In this document: positions 18,689 through 28,133 of the stretch, piece by piece | How the letters are laid out: each line of letters starts with the position of its first letter | Numbering within the stretch: the first letter of the stretch is position 1 | Assembly (NCBI GenBank): GCA_963766445.1 | Contig: CAVXZW010000017.1 | Span: forward strand, 24,393 to 88,392 | Length of the DNA stretch: 64,000 bases | Direction of reading: 5' to 3' | Source: an uncultured Actinomycetes bacterium | GTDB taxonomy: Bacteria > Actinomycetota > Thermoleophilia > Gaiellales > JAICJC01 | The notes under the pieces: generated by a model | The model's database searches: none | What the model was told of the DNA's origin: nothing | What the model saw: only the letters and a program-made list of their open reading frames with translations | Position numbers and translations under genes: made by a program

Positions 18689-19339
18689 CTACCGACGCCA
18701 GACCAGGCCGGCCAGGATCAGCACGATGCCCAGCGCCTGCCCCAGCGCGAACAGCGCGTACACGTCCAGCCGGGTCGCGGTCGATGCCAGGGCGATCACG
18801 GCCACGCCGGCCGCCACCAGCAGCGGACGGGGGTCACGGCGGCGCCGCGCCGATGCGATCGAGCCGATCAGCAGCACCAGGGTGCCGACGGTGTTGAGAG
18901 CGGCTGCGAGGATCGTCGTCCAGGGGCCGCCCATCGCGCCGTTGGGCGGTGTCGCTCCTGCCCGCGCCAGCTCGGCCGGGTCGACCTGTGCGGCCAGCAC
19001 CGCCGCCGTCGAGGCAAACGTGACCCACAGCATCGTGGCCACCACCAGCCGCGTGGCGCGGCGCCCGGGCGCCACCAGCAGCAGCTCGCCGACGGCCAGG
19101 TAGGGCACCACCAGGATCGCGCCGGTCAGGTAGTAGAGCCGGAACACGCCCTCGGTCCAGCCCTCGCGCGCGCCGTACCAGAGGCAGCCGGTGGCAATCG
19201 TGAACAGCGAGAATCCGATCAGCCACGCGATCAGCGGAGCCGGCCGCGACGGGCGCCGCGCCAGCCGCTCTGCGATCACCGCGGTACACGCCAGCGAGAC
19301 GAGCGCCGCCACCGCGGCGGCGGCCGTCTGCGCGCTCAT
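18689..19339 (-). CDS. hypothetical integral membrane protein (about 6 TM)
   Basis: Uninterrupted 216-aa hydrophobic ORF between holA and the cNMP-binding gene. No family recognised. Confidence 0.65.
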   Translation of the reverse strand: MSAQTAAAAVAALVSLACTAVIAERLARRPSRPAPLIAWLIGFSLFTIATGCLWYGAREGWTEGVFRLYYLTGAILVVPYLAVGELLLVAPGRRATRLVVATMLWVTFASTAAVLAAQVDPAELARAGATPPNGAMGGPWTTILAAALNTVGTLVLLIGSIASARRRRDPRPLLVAAGVAVIALASTATRLDVYALFALGQALGIVLILAGLVWRR

Positions 19340-20148
19340 TCGGCGCTGATCTCGACCAGCGCCAGCTCCAGCTCGAGCCGCGGGTCGAGCCGGCTGCCGC
19401 CCTTGATCGCCTCGTCCAGCTCGGCCAGCCGCACAACCGCACGAGCCAGCTCAGGCTCGCTGAACGCGCGCGCCTGCCGGCACAACCCCTGCGCCTGGTA
19501 GGGCGAGCGCAGCCCCAGCTGCTTCTGCACCTCCTTCGGCGACCCGCCCGCCTCCATCACCAGCAGCGCCTGGCGGACGCGGCGCACGTGGTTGGCGAAG
19601 ATGGCCGAGATCCGCTGCACGTCGTCCGGCTTCTCGATGTCGGCGGTCGCGAACGAGATCACGCCGGCCGCGTCGCGCCGGCCCCAGGCATCGGTCATGT
19701 TCCAGGGCTTCACGTCCAGCTGCTCGGCTACGAGCAGGTCGACGTCGGCCTCGGTGGGGGCGTCGCCGCGGCCGTAGACGGCGAGCTTCTCGACCTCCAG
19801 CGCGAGGTCGCCGATCTCGATGCCGGCCCGCTTCACGATCCGCCTGGCGACGCCGTTGGGGCAGGAGATGCCCTGCTCGGAGAAGCGCTTGACCACCCAC
19901 TGGACGGCGTGCTCGTCGTCGGGCGCGTCAAAAATGCGGACGTCGCCGGCCCTGGCGACGGCGGTCGCAAGCGGTCCGTCTTCGGCGACCCCCTTGCCGC
20001 CGAACATGGCCAGGCAGGTGCCGGGAGTGGGATCGACCAGGTATCCAATGATGTCCTGCACCTGAGCCTCGTCCAGGCCCTCGACGCCGCGCACCAGCAC
20101 CAGCCGCTCACCGCCGAACAGGCCCAGCGCGTTGCACGATGCGACCAC
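19336..20148 (-). CDS. holA: DNA polymerase III subunit delta (HolA); N-terminus probably extends upstream
   Basis: 270-aa ORF in comEC-holA-rpsT synteny. In-frame KPAYLIAGSDWPKIDAAAVRLRSQF... continues upstream to about 20283 without a canonical start codon. Confidence 0.8.
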   Translation of the reverse strand: MVASCNALGLFGGERLVLVRGVEGLDEAQVQDIIGYLVDPTPGTCLAMFGGKGVAEDGPLATAVARAGDVRIFDAPDDEHAVQWVVKRFSEQGISCPNGVARRIVKRAGIEIGDLALEVEKLAVYGRGDAPTEADVDLLVAEQLDVKPWNMTDAWGRRDAAGVISFATADIEKPDDVQRISAIFANHVRRVRQALLVMEAGGSPKEVQKQLGLRSPYQAQGLCRQARAFSEPELARAVVRLAELDEAIKGGSRLDPRLELELALVEISAE

Positions 20149-20272
20149 GTCTGCAGCCTCCTCCTCGCCGACCGCGATCTGCTCGACGCTGTCCTCGTCG
20201 AACTGGCTCCGCAGGCGAACGGCGGCGGCGTCGATCTTGGGCCAGTCGCTGCCGGCGATCAGGTACGCCGGC

Positions 20273-20731
20273 TTATGCGCCAGCGCCCTCTCCTGCGGCC
20301 GTGACCTCGACCTTGGCGGCGCGCTCGCGGGAGCGCTGGACGAGGTCGGCGAAGGTCACGTTCTCAAGCACCGAGCGCAGCTGTGAGCGGGCCTGCAGCC
20401 ATACATCCGGCAGGGCTTCGGCGCCTGCCGGATAGCTGATCGCCTCGGGCCGCACGCCTGCGACTGCGGCCAGGGGCCCATCGACGACCCGGATCACCTC
20501 GGCAACGGTGATCTGGTCGGCAGGCACCGCCAGCCGATATCCGCCCTCGGGGCCGCGCTGCGACACCACCAGGCCGGCGTGCTTCAGCTCGCCCAGGATG
20601 TTCTCGACGAACTTCAGCGGCAGGTCCTGGGACGCCGCGATCAGCTCGCCCTTGAGCGGATGCGGGTCGTCGTGGGACGCCAGCACCAGCACCGCCCGGA
20701 CGGCGTAGTCAGCCTTGGCGGAAAGCTTCAT
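20273..20731 (-). CDS. Rrf2-family transcriptional regulator (no cysteines)
   Basis: MKLSAKADYAVRAVLVLAS... winged HTH. ORF trimmed to ATG 20731. Contains no Cys, so no Fe-S ligands. Confidence 0.85.
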   Translation of the reverse strand: MKLSAKADYAVRAVLVLASHDDPHPLKGELIAASQDLPLKFVENILGELKHAGLVVSQRGPEGGYRLAVPADQITVAEVIRVVDGPLAAVAGVRPEAISYPAGAEALPDVWLQARSQLRSVLENVTFADLVQRSRERAAKVEVTAAGEGAGA

Positions 20732-20799
20732 ACCCGCATTGTCGCACGACGGGGCGGCCTGCACGCCCGGATCGGCTCGCTGGCTAGAATCGCGCCCCG

Positions 20800-21903
20800 A
20801 TGCCACCGGATGTCAACAGCGGGCTCGAGGGCGTGGTCGCGGCCGAGACCACGATCAGCCTGGTCGACGGCCAGGCGGGGCGGCTGCTCTGCCGCGGCTA
20901 CGAGATAGGCGACCTGGCCGCTCACGGCAGCTACGACCGCGTGGTCGGGTTGCTGCTCGACGGTGAGTGGCCGCTGCGCGACGAGGTGCTGCCGCCGGCG
21001 GAGCTGTCGCCGACGGTGCTGGCCGCGCTGCGCGGGCTGCCCACCTCGTGCGCCCCGCTGGATGCTCTGCGCACGGCGTTCTCCGCGTTCGGCGCAGAGC
21101 GGCGCATGGACTGGCCGCCCACTGCCGCGCAGGCGCGCGAGCTGATCGCGCTGGGGCCCGCCGCGGTCGGGGCCTTCGCACGGCTGCGCGACAACAAGCA
21201 GCCGGTGAACTCGGCGGAGTCGGCGCACCTGGGTGCGGCCGCGCGGCTGCTGCATGCGATCACGGGCGAGGAGCCCGACCCCGCCAAGGCGCGCGCGCTG
21301 GATGCGTACTTCACCGTCTGTGCCGAGCACGGCCTGAACGCATCGACGTTCACCGCCCGCGTCATCACCAGCACGCAGAGCGACCTGGCCAGCGCCGTCT
21401 GCGGTGCGATGGGCGCGCTCAAGGGACGGCTGCACGGCGGTGCGCCATCCGAGGTGCGCGACCAGCTGACGCAGATCGGCGACGTCGAGCACGCGGAGGT
21501 CTGGATCCGCGAGGCGCTGGCCCGTGGCGAGCGGCTGATGGGGTTCGGCCATCGGGTCTACAAGACGATGGATCCGCGCGCGGCGGCACTGCGGCAGGTG
21601 GCGGAGCGGCTGGCGGCCGACGCCGACTGGCTGCAGCTGGCGATCGACGTCGAGGACGTGGCGCTGCGGCTGCTGGCCGAGCACAAGCCCGACCGGCCGT
21701 TGAAGACCAACGTCGAGTACTACGCCTCGATCGTGCTGGACGGAGTCGGCCTGCTGACCGATCTCTACACGCCGGCCTTCGCGGTCGCCCGCACCGCCGG
21801 CTGGACGGCGCACGCGCTCGAGCAGGCAGGCCACGGGCGTCTGATCCGCCCCGACTCCCGCTACGTCGGCCCCGAGCAGCGGCCGCTGCCCGCCAGCGTG
21901 TAG
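20800..21903 (+). CDS. citrate synthase / 2-methylcitrate synthase family protein
   Basis: 367-aa ORF with GFGHRVYKTMDPRA and the C-terminal RPDSRYVGP motif region. Divergent from the Rrf2 gene. Confidence 0.9.
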   Translation: MPPDVNSGLEGVVAAETTISLVDGQAGRLLCRGYEIGDLAAHGSYDRVVGLLLDGEWPLRDEVLPPAELSPTVLAALRGLPTSCAPLDALRTAFSAFGAERRMDWPPTAAQARELIALGPAAVGAFARLRDNKQPVNSAESAHLGAAARLLHAITGEEPDPAKARALDAYFTVCAEHGLNASTFTARVITSTQSDLASAVCGAMGALKGRLHGGAPSEVRDQLTQIGDVEHAEVWIREALARGERLMGFGHRVYKTMDPRAAALRQVAERLAADADWLQLAIDVEDVALRLLAEHKPDRPLKTNVEYYASIVLDGVGLLTDLYTPAFAVARTAGWTAHALEQAGHGRLIRPDSRYVGPEQRPLPASV

Positions 21904-21923
21904 CGGCCCCCGCCGCCGATAGC

Positions 21924-21949
21924 GGAAGGCCCGCCAGGGCGGGCCTTCC
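21924..21949. terminator. bidirectional hairpin terminator between convergent genes
   Basis: GGAAGGCCCGCC-ag-GGCGGGCCTTCC, a perfect 12-bp inverted repeat, 21 nt after the citrate synthase stop. Confidence 0.55.
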
Positions 21950-21976
21950 CAGAATCAGCGTGCTGTCAGAACGGTG

Positions 21977-22378
21977 CTACAGGTGCCGGCACTCTCCGCG
22001 CTTCACGCCACCGACGATGTTGGGAAGGCCCCCAGAGTCGCCGATCTGCGCATGCGGGATGTTGTTGAAGCAGGAGAGGTTGCCACCGATCGTGTTGGTA
22101 ATGATCTCCATCGCGTCGGGGTCGCCCATCCTGTTGCCGACGATCCTGACGTTGCCGCCCACCTGGGTGCGGATCAACCCGAACCAGCAGCTGTGTACGT
22201 AACGGAATATCACCTTGCCGCCCACGACGCTGTCGTGGATGGTCGAGAAGTAGGGTCCGCCGAAGAGCGCGGTCACCGAGCAATCCATGCTGCCGCCACC
22301 GCCGTGACCGGTGGGTTGATCCGAGCGTCTCCACCTCGCCACCAGGCGTGCACCGATCCATAACCCACGCAGCCGCAC
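21977..22378 (-). CDS. hypothetical protein with beta-helix-like G-G-N repeats (start uncertain)
   Basis: 133-aa ORF ...VVGGKVIFRY...VGGNVRIVGN...IGGNLSCFNN...IVGGVKRGE. No signal peptide in the printed N-terminus. Family not recognised. Confidence 0.4.
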   Translation of the reverse strand: MRLRGLWIGARLVARWRRSDQPTGHGGGGSMDCSVTALFGGPYFSTIHDSVVGGKVIFRYVHSCWFGLIRTQVGGNVRIVGNRMGDPDAMEIITNTIGGNLSCFNNIPHAQIGDSGGLPNIVGGVKRGECRHL

Positions 22379-22472
22379 GAGCCGCTTAATGTTGGTGCTC
22401 GATCGCTCTCACCGACTGATTTGCGCAGACGTCGCCACCGATGCGCGTAGGCGGTACATGAGGCGGGGGAGT

Positions 22473-22501
22473 GTGGGCCCGGGTTGCACGCCCGGGCCCA
22501 C
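22473..22501 (-). terminator. GC-rich hairpin downstream of comEC (no U-tract)
   Basis: GTGGGCCCGGG-ttgcacg-CCCGGGCCCAC, a perfect 11-bp stem, about 30 nt after the comEC stop. Confidence 0.4.
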
Positions 22502-22531
22502 CGGGCACCCCTGAGATGGCCGATCGGTATC

Positions 22532-23754
22532 TCAGGAACACAGCCGCGCCACCCACAGCAGGTAGTCCGCCAGCAGGTCGGCCAGCATCAGCGGCGGGCG
22601 TCGCCAGCGGCGGCCAGACGGAGCCGAGCAGGATCGCGGACAGCCCGCACCCAAGCAGCGGGCCGACCGCCGGCAGCGCCAGCAGGTTGGCCGGCACCGA
22701 CAGCGGCGCCAGCCGTCCGAAGTGCCACCAGGCGATCGGGGTCGTGACCAGCGTGCAGGCCACGGACACGGCGACCGCCGATCCCAGCGAGCCCTGCAGC
22801 CGTGGTGCCACCGCGAAGATCGCCCACACGGCCGCGAAGCTGAGCTGGAAGCCGGGATTGAACAGATCGAGCGGGTTCAGGGCCAGCACCACCGCCGCGC
22901 CGCAGGCCAGCAGGTGCCAGCGCGCCACCGGCCGCGAAGCCAGCCAGGCCACCGCCACCAGCGCGCCCGCCACACCCGCCCGCACGATCGAAGGCCCCGC
23001 ACCGGTGACCAGCACGTAGACGATGGTGAGCCCGGCCGCGACCACCCGGGCCGGCGCGCCGATCACGCCCAGCAGCGCCAGGCAGGCGAGCGCGAAGATC
23101 ACGACCAGCGCCACGTTCTGGCCGGAAACCGCCACCAGGTGATACAGCCCGGACGTGCGGAACTCGGCGCGCACGTCGGCGGGCAGCGCACCCGTCTCGC
23201 CCAGCGTGACTCCGGCCACGAGCGCCCGGTCGGCCGGGGGGTCGCCGTCCGCGCCCAGGCGGCGCAGCGCGTCGCGGTGCAGGGCGTCGATCACGCCCCA
23301 TCCCCCGCCCCGGTCGGCCAGCCACACCAGCCGCGAACCGCGCAGCTCCAGGTGCACCCCCTGGCTCGCGTAGTAGTCGCGCACCGGTGGGTCGATCTCC
23401 CGCAGCCGGCCGGTCACCCGGTAGATCCCACCCAGCTGGGGCCGGTAGCCCGGCGCCTGCAGCAGCACGTCCTCGCGGCCGGCCACCACGCGCGCGACGG
23501 CACGGTCGCCGCTGGGCGCGCCGGTCACGACCACGACGCCGTCGATCGGGCCAGGCACCAGCGCCCGGTGCTGCGAGCGCCGCCACCCGCATGCCGCCCC
23601 ACAGCGCCGCCGCCAGCGCGACGGCCAGGAGCAGCGCCCGTGGCCGCCAGGGGATCGCCGCCAGCAGCGACACCAGCGGATGGCCGAAGGCCGCCGCCAC
23701 CAGGCCGGCCACGATCGCCACCACCAGCCGGGTGGGCGGATCACAGCGCCACAT
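22532..23754 (-). CDS. comEC: ComEC/Rec2 competence channel protein (short form, no metallo-beta-lactamase domain), two frame shifts
   Basis: Start [18 protein letters not shown] (ORF 22588..23754). Body in ORF 22386..24317 ([15 protein letters not shown]..., multiple TM). Shifts near 23570 and 22595. A third frame ends ...[20 protein letters not shown] at 22532. Confidence 0.8.
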
Positions 23755-24317
23755 GGCCGTGCAGCGCGGCCATCCGCGCCGGGCCGAACCCGCTCACGTT
23801 GTCGAGCTCGTCCAGCGAGTGGAAGCCGCCGTGCATGGTGCGGTAGTCGATGATCCGCTGTGCCAGCGCCGGGCCCGATGCCGTCGAGGGTCTCCAGCTG
23901 CTCGAGCGTGGCCGAGTTGAGGTGCACGGGCGCGTCGGCGCTGCCGGGCACCGGGGCCACGGCCGCCGCCCCACCGCCGCCGCGGCTGGGCACCACCACC
24001 TGCTCGCCGTCGGCCAGCCGCGCCGCCAGGTTCAGGCCGGCCAGGTCGGCGCGGCCGGTGGGCCGCGCCTTGTGCACCGCGTCCAGCACGCGGGCGGCGC
24101 CGGGCAGGCGGTAGACGCCCGGCCGGCGCACGGCGCCGACCACGTCGACCACCACCACCGCCGGCGCGGCCGATGAGTCGGGCGACGTTCCCGTCGCGGC
24201 GGCCGGCTCCGGGTAGGCGGTCGGCGGCGAGCCGGACTGGCTGCGCCAGCCGATCACGAGCACCGCGATCGCCACGGCCGCGTAGACGGCCAGTCGTTGG
24301 GGTGAGATCGGAAGCAT
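23741..24317 (-). CDS. comEA: ComEA DNA-binding competence protein, one frame shift
   Basis: TM anchor, SLBB-like [18 protein letters not shown], and helix-hairpin-helix [17 protein letters not shown] / [10 protein letters not shown] continued in ORF 23741..23974. Shift near 23870. Confidence 0.85.
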
Positions 24318-24464
24318 GCGGCGATGTTCGCCGCGGGGCCTGTCAGGTGTCAGTCACGAGGGGTGACGAGAGCGTTTCGATCTGGCTCGACAACGAGCCG
24401 AGCGGCGAGGCCGGCACCAGCTGGGCGGGCGCCCCTTCGGGACTTCGGCGAACGACGCTCCCAT

Positions 24465-26943
24465 CTAGGCGACGAAGTTGACCAGCCGCCCAGGCACGAA
24501 GATCGTCTTTCGCACCTCGGCACCGTCCAGGTACGCGGCCACGTTCGGCACCGCCCGCGCCGCCGCCACCACCTCGTCCTCGACCGCATCGGCCGGCACG
24601 CCCACGTCTCCGCGCAGCTTGCCGTTCACCTGCACCGCGTAGGTGACGGTGTCGCTGGCCAGCATCTCCGGATCGGCGACGGGCCAGGGGACGTCCCACA
24701 GCCGCTCGCCACCCAGCCGCTCCCACAGCTCGCAGGCGATGTGCGGCGCATACGGGTGGATCAGGCTGACCGCCGTCGCCGTGGCGAAACGTCGCTGCTC
24801 GCCGGTCGCCGCCGGGAGTGTCCTGGATCGCCGTCACCAGCTCGTGCACCGCCGACTGGGCCGTGTTGAACGAGAACCGATCGCCGATGTCGGAACTGAC
24901 CTTGTCGATCGCCCAGTGTGCCTTGCGCACCATGTCGCCGCCGGGGCCGTCGGCGGCGACCGCCGCCGGGATGCCGGTGCCATGACTGGCAACGACCTCG
25001 TTCGCCAGCCTCCACAGCCGCGCCAGGAACCGGTGCTGGCCGGCCACGCCGGAGTCCTGCCACTCGGCGTCCTGCTCGGGCGGCCCCAGAAACAGCGTGT
25101 ACAGCCGCGTGGTGTCGGCGCCGTAGCGTTCGATGTACTCATCGGGGTTGATGATGTTGCCCCGCGACTTGGACATCTTGGCGCCCTGGTAGTAGATCAT
25201 CCCCTGCGTGAACAGGTTCGCGAACGGCTCGGTGAAGCCCAGGTGCCCCAGGTCGTACAGCGCCTTGGTGAAGAAGCGCGCATACATCAGGTGCAGGATC
25301 GCGTGCTCGACGCCGCCGATGTACTGGTCGACCGGCAGCCACGTGTCGACGATGTCGCGCTGGAACGGCGCGGTTGCGTTCTGGGGATCCGCGTAGCGCA
25401 TGTAGTACCAGGACGAGTCCACGAACGTGTCCATCGTGTCGGTCTCGCGCCGGCCCGGGCCGCCGCAGCTCGGGCACGACACGTGCACCCAGTCCTCGGC
25501 CGCGGCCAGCGGGGAGCGGCCCTTGGGGGCGAAGTCCTCGACCTTGGGCAGCACCACCGGCAGCTGGTCGTCCGGCACGGGCACGACGCCGCAGGACTCG
25601 CAGTGGACGATCGGGATCGGGCAGCCCCAGTAGCGCTGCCGTGACAGCAGCCAGTCGCGCAGGCGGAAGGCCACGCGCCCGTGTCCCGATCCCTCGCCCT
25701 CCAGCCACTCGATGATGGCGCGCTTGCCCTCCGGCGCCGGCATGCCGGTGAATGCCGCCGAGTTGATCAGCACCTCGTCGGCGCTGTGCGCGACGAACGC
25801 ACCCTCGATCCGGCGCGTATCGCCGTCGCGCGGCGCCACCACCTGGCGCACCGGCAGCCCGAACTTCTCCGCGAACTCGAAGTCGCGCTCGTCGTGGCCG
25901 GGCACCGCCATCACCGCGCCGGTGCCGTACTCCATCAGGACGTAGTCGGCCACCCACACCGGAATCGCCTCGCCGTTTACCGGGTTGACGACGTTGCGCC
26001 CGGTGAAAACGCCGGTCTTCTCCTTCTCGGATGAGCGCTCCACCTCGGACAGCGCCGATGTGTGCCGGACGTAGTCGGCCACCGCCTGCTCCTGATCGGT
26101 GCCGCGCGCCAGCTCCGCCGACAGCGGGTGCTCGGGCGCCAGGACGAAGAAGGTGGCGCCGTACAGCGTGTCCGGGCGCGTGGTGAACACCGGCAGCTCG
26201 ATCGACGGGTCATGCTCTGCCCGGAACGTGACCTCGGCGCCCTCGCTGCGGCCGATCCAGTTGCGCTGCATGGTCACGACCCGCTCCGGCCATCGCACCT
26301 CGGCCAGGTCGTCCAGCAGCCGCTGCGCGTAGTCGGTGATCTTGAAGAACCACTGCTCCAGGTTCTTGGCTTCGACCTCGGCGCCGCAGCGCTCGCAGTG
26401 GCCGTCGATCACCTGCTCGTTGGCCAGCACCGTCTGGTCGTTGGGGCACCACTTGACGGCCGCGTTCTTGCGGTAGGCCAGGCCGGCCTCGAACAGCCGC
26501 AGGAAGATCCACTGCGTCCAGCGGTAGTAGTCGGGCTCGGAGGTGGACAGCTCCCGCGTCCAGTCGATCGACCAGCCCATGCGGCGCATCTGCACGCGGA
26601 TCGCCTCGATGTTCTCGCGCGTCGACACGCTCGGGTGCTTGCCGCTCTTGATGGCCGCGTTCTCGGCCGGCAGGCCGAACGCGTCGTAGCCCATCGGGTG
26701 CATCACGCGCCAGCCGTTGCGCCGCTTGTAGAGCGTGACCACGTCGCCCATCGTGTAGTTCTTGACGTGCCCCATGTGCAGCTCGCCCGACGGGTAGGGC
26801 AGCATCTCCAGCACGTACATCAGCTTCGAGGTGTCCTCGCCGGGCTCCGGGTTGGGCACCTCGTGGATGCGCTGGTCGTGCCAGATCTTCTGCCAGCGGG
26901 CCTCGATCGCTGCGGGGTCGTAGCGTTCCATGGGGCCTTGCAT
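24465..26943 (-). CDS. leuS: leucine--tRNA ligase, one frame shift near the C-terminus
   Basis: [11 protein letters not shown] and KMSKSRGN class I signatures. The last ~110 aa are in the frame of ORF 24465..24665 (...[13 protein letters not shown]...). Shift near 24810. Confidence 0.95.
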
Positions 26944-26982
26944 TCTACGGAAGCGGTGCTTCCGCCTGCCCCTCCCCCGTCC

Positions 26983-27456
26983 CTAGAGCCCCGGCTTGAC
27001 CACCATGTCCACGACGACGAGCATCAGGAACAGCAGCTCGATGCGGCTGACCAGGAAGATCCGCTCGATGCGCCGGGTGGCCTCGGTCGAGCCGACGCCG
27101 TGCAGCTCGATGGCGCGGGCGATCCGGGCCGACTCGGGTGCCAGGAAGCCGACGCCTACGGCGAACGAGGCCGCGAACACGGCCAGCGCGAATATCAGCC
27201 AGGTGCTGCCGAGCGACCAGTTGCCCTCGTTGACGAGCAGGAATCCGAACACGACCAGCACCAGCGAGGCCGGCGTGAACATGGTCTTGCCCACGAACCC
27301 GGCGTCGCGTGCGAAGCCGGCCAACCGCTCCGGGCTGGGGTCGGCCATCGCGCGGGCGGCGTAGACCTGGGTGATGGTGGCGCCGCCCACCCACACGACC
27401 GCGGCCAGGATGTGCACGGTCAGGTAGAACTGGTAGGCGGTGACGAGCTCGATCAT
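26983..27456 (-). CDS. DUF2269-like integral membrane protein
   Basis: 157-aa ORF with four hydrophobic helices (MIELVTAYQFYLTVHILAAVVWVGG...). Confidence 0.7.
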   Translation of the reverse strand: MIELVTAYQFYLTVHILAAVVWVGGATITQVYAARAMADPSPERLAGFARDAGFVGKTMFTPASLVLVVFGFLLVNEGNWSLGSTWLIFALAVFAASFAVGVGFLAPESARIARAIELHGVGSTEATRRIERIFLVSRIELLFLMLVVVDMVVKPGL

Positions 27457-27458
27457 CG

Positions 27459-27624
27459 GAGTGTTGATCTCACGGGATGCGTGGATGCTGGGCGCAGGAC
27501 GGGGCGCGCTGGACGTCGGGAGCGTCCGCAGGGCAGGCTGGATGATGCCCTGGCCAAGGACGATCGTGGCGTCCAGCGTGTCCCAGACCAGTCCGGCGCC
27601 GCGCAGCTCGTGCGATCAACCATC
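27459..27624. repeat. 166-bp palindromic MITE-like element, copy 2 (inverted relative to copy 1)
   Basis: Same length as copy 1, 16 substitutions, no indels by hand alignment. Right end ...GCGATCAACCATC abuts the marR TAA. Degenerate left end GAGTGTTGATCTCACG lies 2 nt from the ATG of the DUF2269 gene. Confidence 0.7.
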
Positions 27625-28080
27625 TTAGGAGTCGAGGCGGTCCCAGAAGGCGGCCAGCTGCGCCTGCTCTTCGGCGTCGAATCGCGACAGGAAGCGCTCG
27701 CGCACGTCGCTGACGTGGGTGCGCCGGGCGGTCTCCAGCCGCGCCCGGCCGGCGTCGGTGATCACCGCGAAGGCGCCACGGGCATCGGAGTCGCATGCCT
27801 GGCGCTCGACCAGTCCGTCCCGCTCCAGCCGGTCGACCAGCCGCGTGACGCCGCTGCGGCTGAGCCACACCGACTGCGCCAGGTCGCTCATGCGCTGCTT
27901 GCCCTCGTCCTGCTGGGCCAGCCGCGCCAGCACCTCGAACGAGCTCAGCGGCAGGCCGTGCGCCTCGACCAGGGTCGCGTCCAGCTGGCGCACGATCGCC
28001 GCGTGCGATCGCAGGTACCCGCCCCAGGCGGCTCGCTCAAGGTCGGTCAGACGGTCGGTGGTGTTCGGCAACGTTGCCAC
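27625..28080 (-). CDS. MarR-family transcriptional regulator
   Basis: ...LSSFEVLARLAQQDEGKQRMSDLAQSVWLSRSGVTRLVDRLERDGLVER winged helix. ORF trimmed to GTG 28080. Divergent from the M3 peptidase gene. Confidence 0.8.
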   Translation of the reverse strand: MATLPNTTDRLTDLERAAWGGYLRSHAAIVRQLDATLVEAHGLPLSSFEVLARLAQQDEGKQRMSDLAQSVWLSRSGVTRLVDRLERDGLVERQACDSDARGAFAVITDAGRARLETARRTHVSDVRERFLSRFDAEEQAQLAAFWDRLDS

Positions 28081-28133
28081 GGCCTGGAAAGGGTACCGAA
28101 TCGGGTTACAGGGGACCACGCTAGGCTTGGTTT

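Noticed and set aside
24318-24464. T-box or other leader upstream of aminoacyl-tRNA synthetase genes (leuS, valS)
   Set aside because: leuS starts 39 nt after the preceding gene, and valS is 25 nt from a divergent gene. There is no room for a T-box, and none of its motifs were seen.
28093-28109. Imperfect palindromes as MarR operators (GTACCGAATCGGGTTAC here, and GTAACA-N8-TGTTAA at 31221-31240)
   Set aside because: They are plausibly placed in the two MarR promoter regions, but the symmetry is imperfect and there is no second copy to support a motif.
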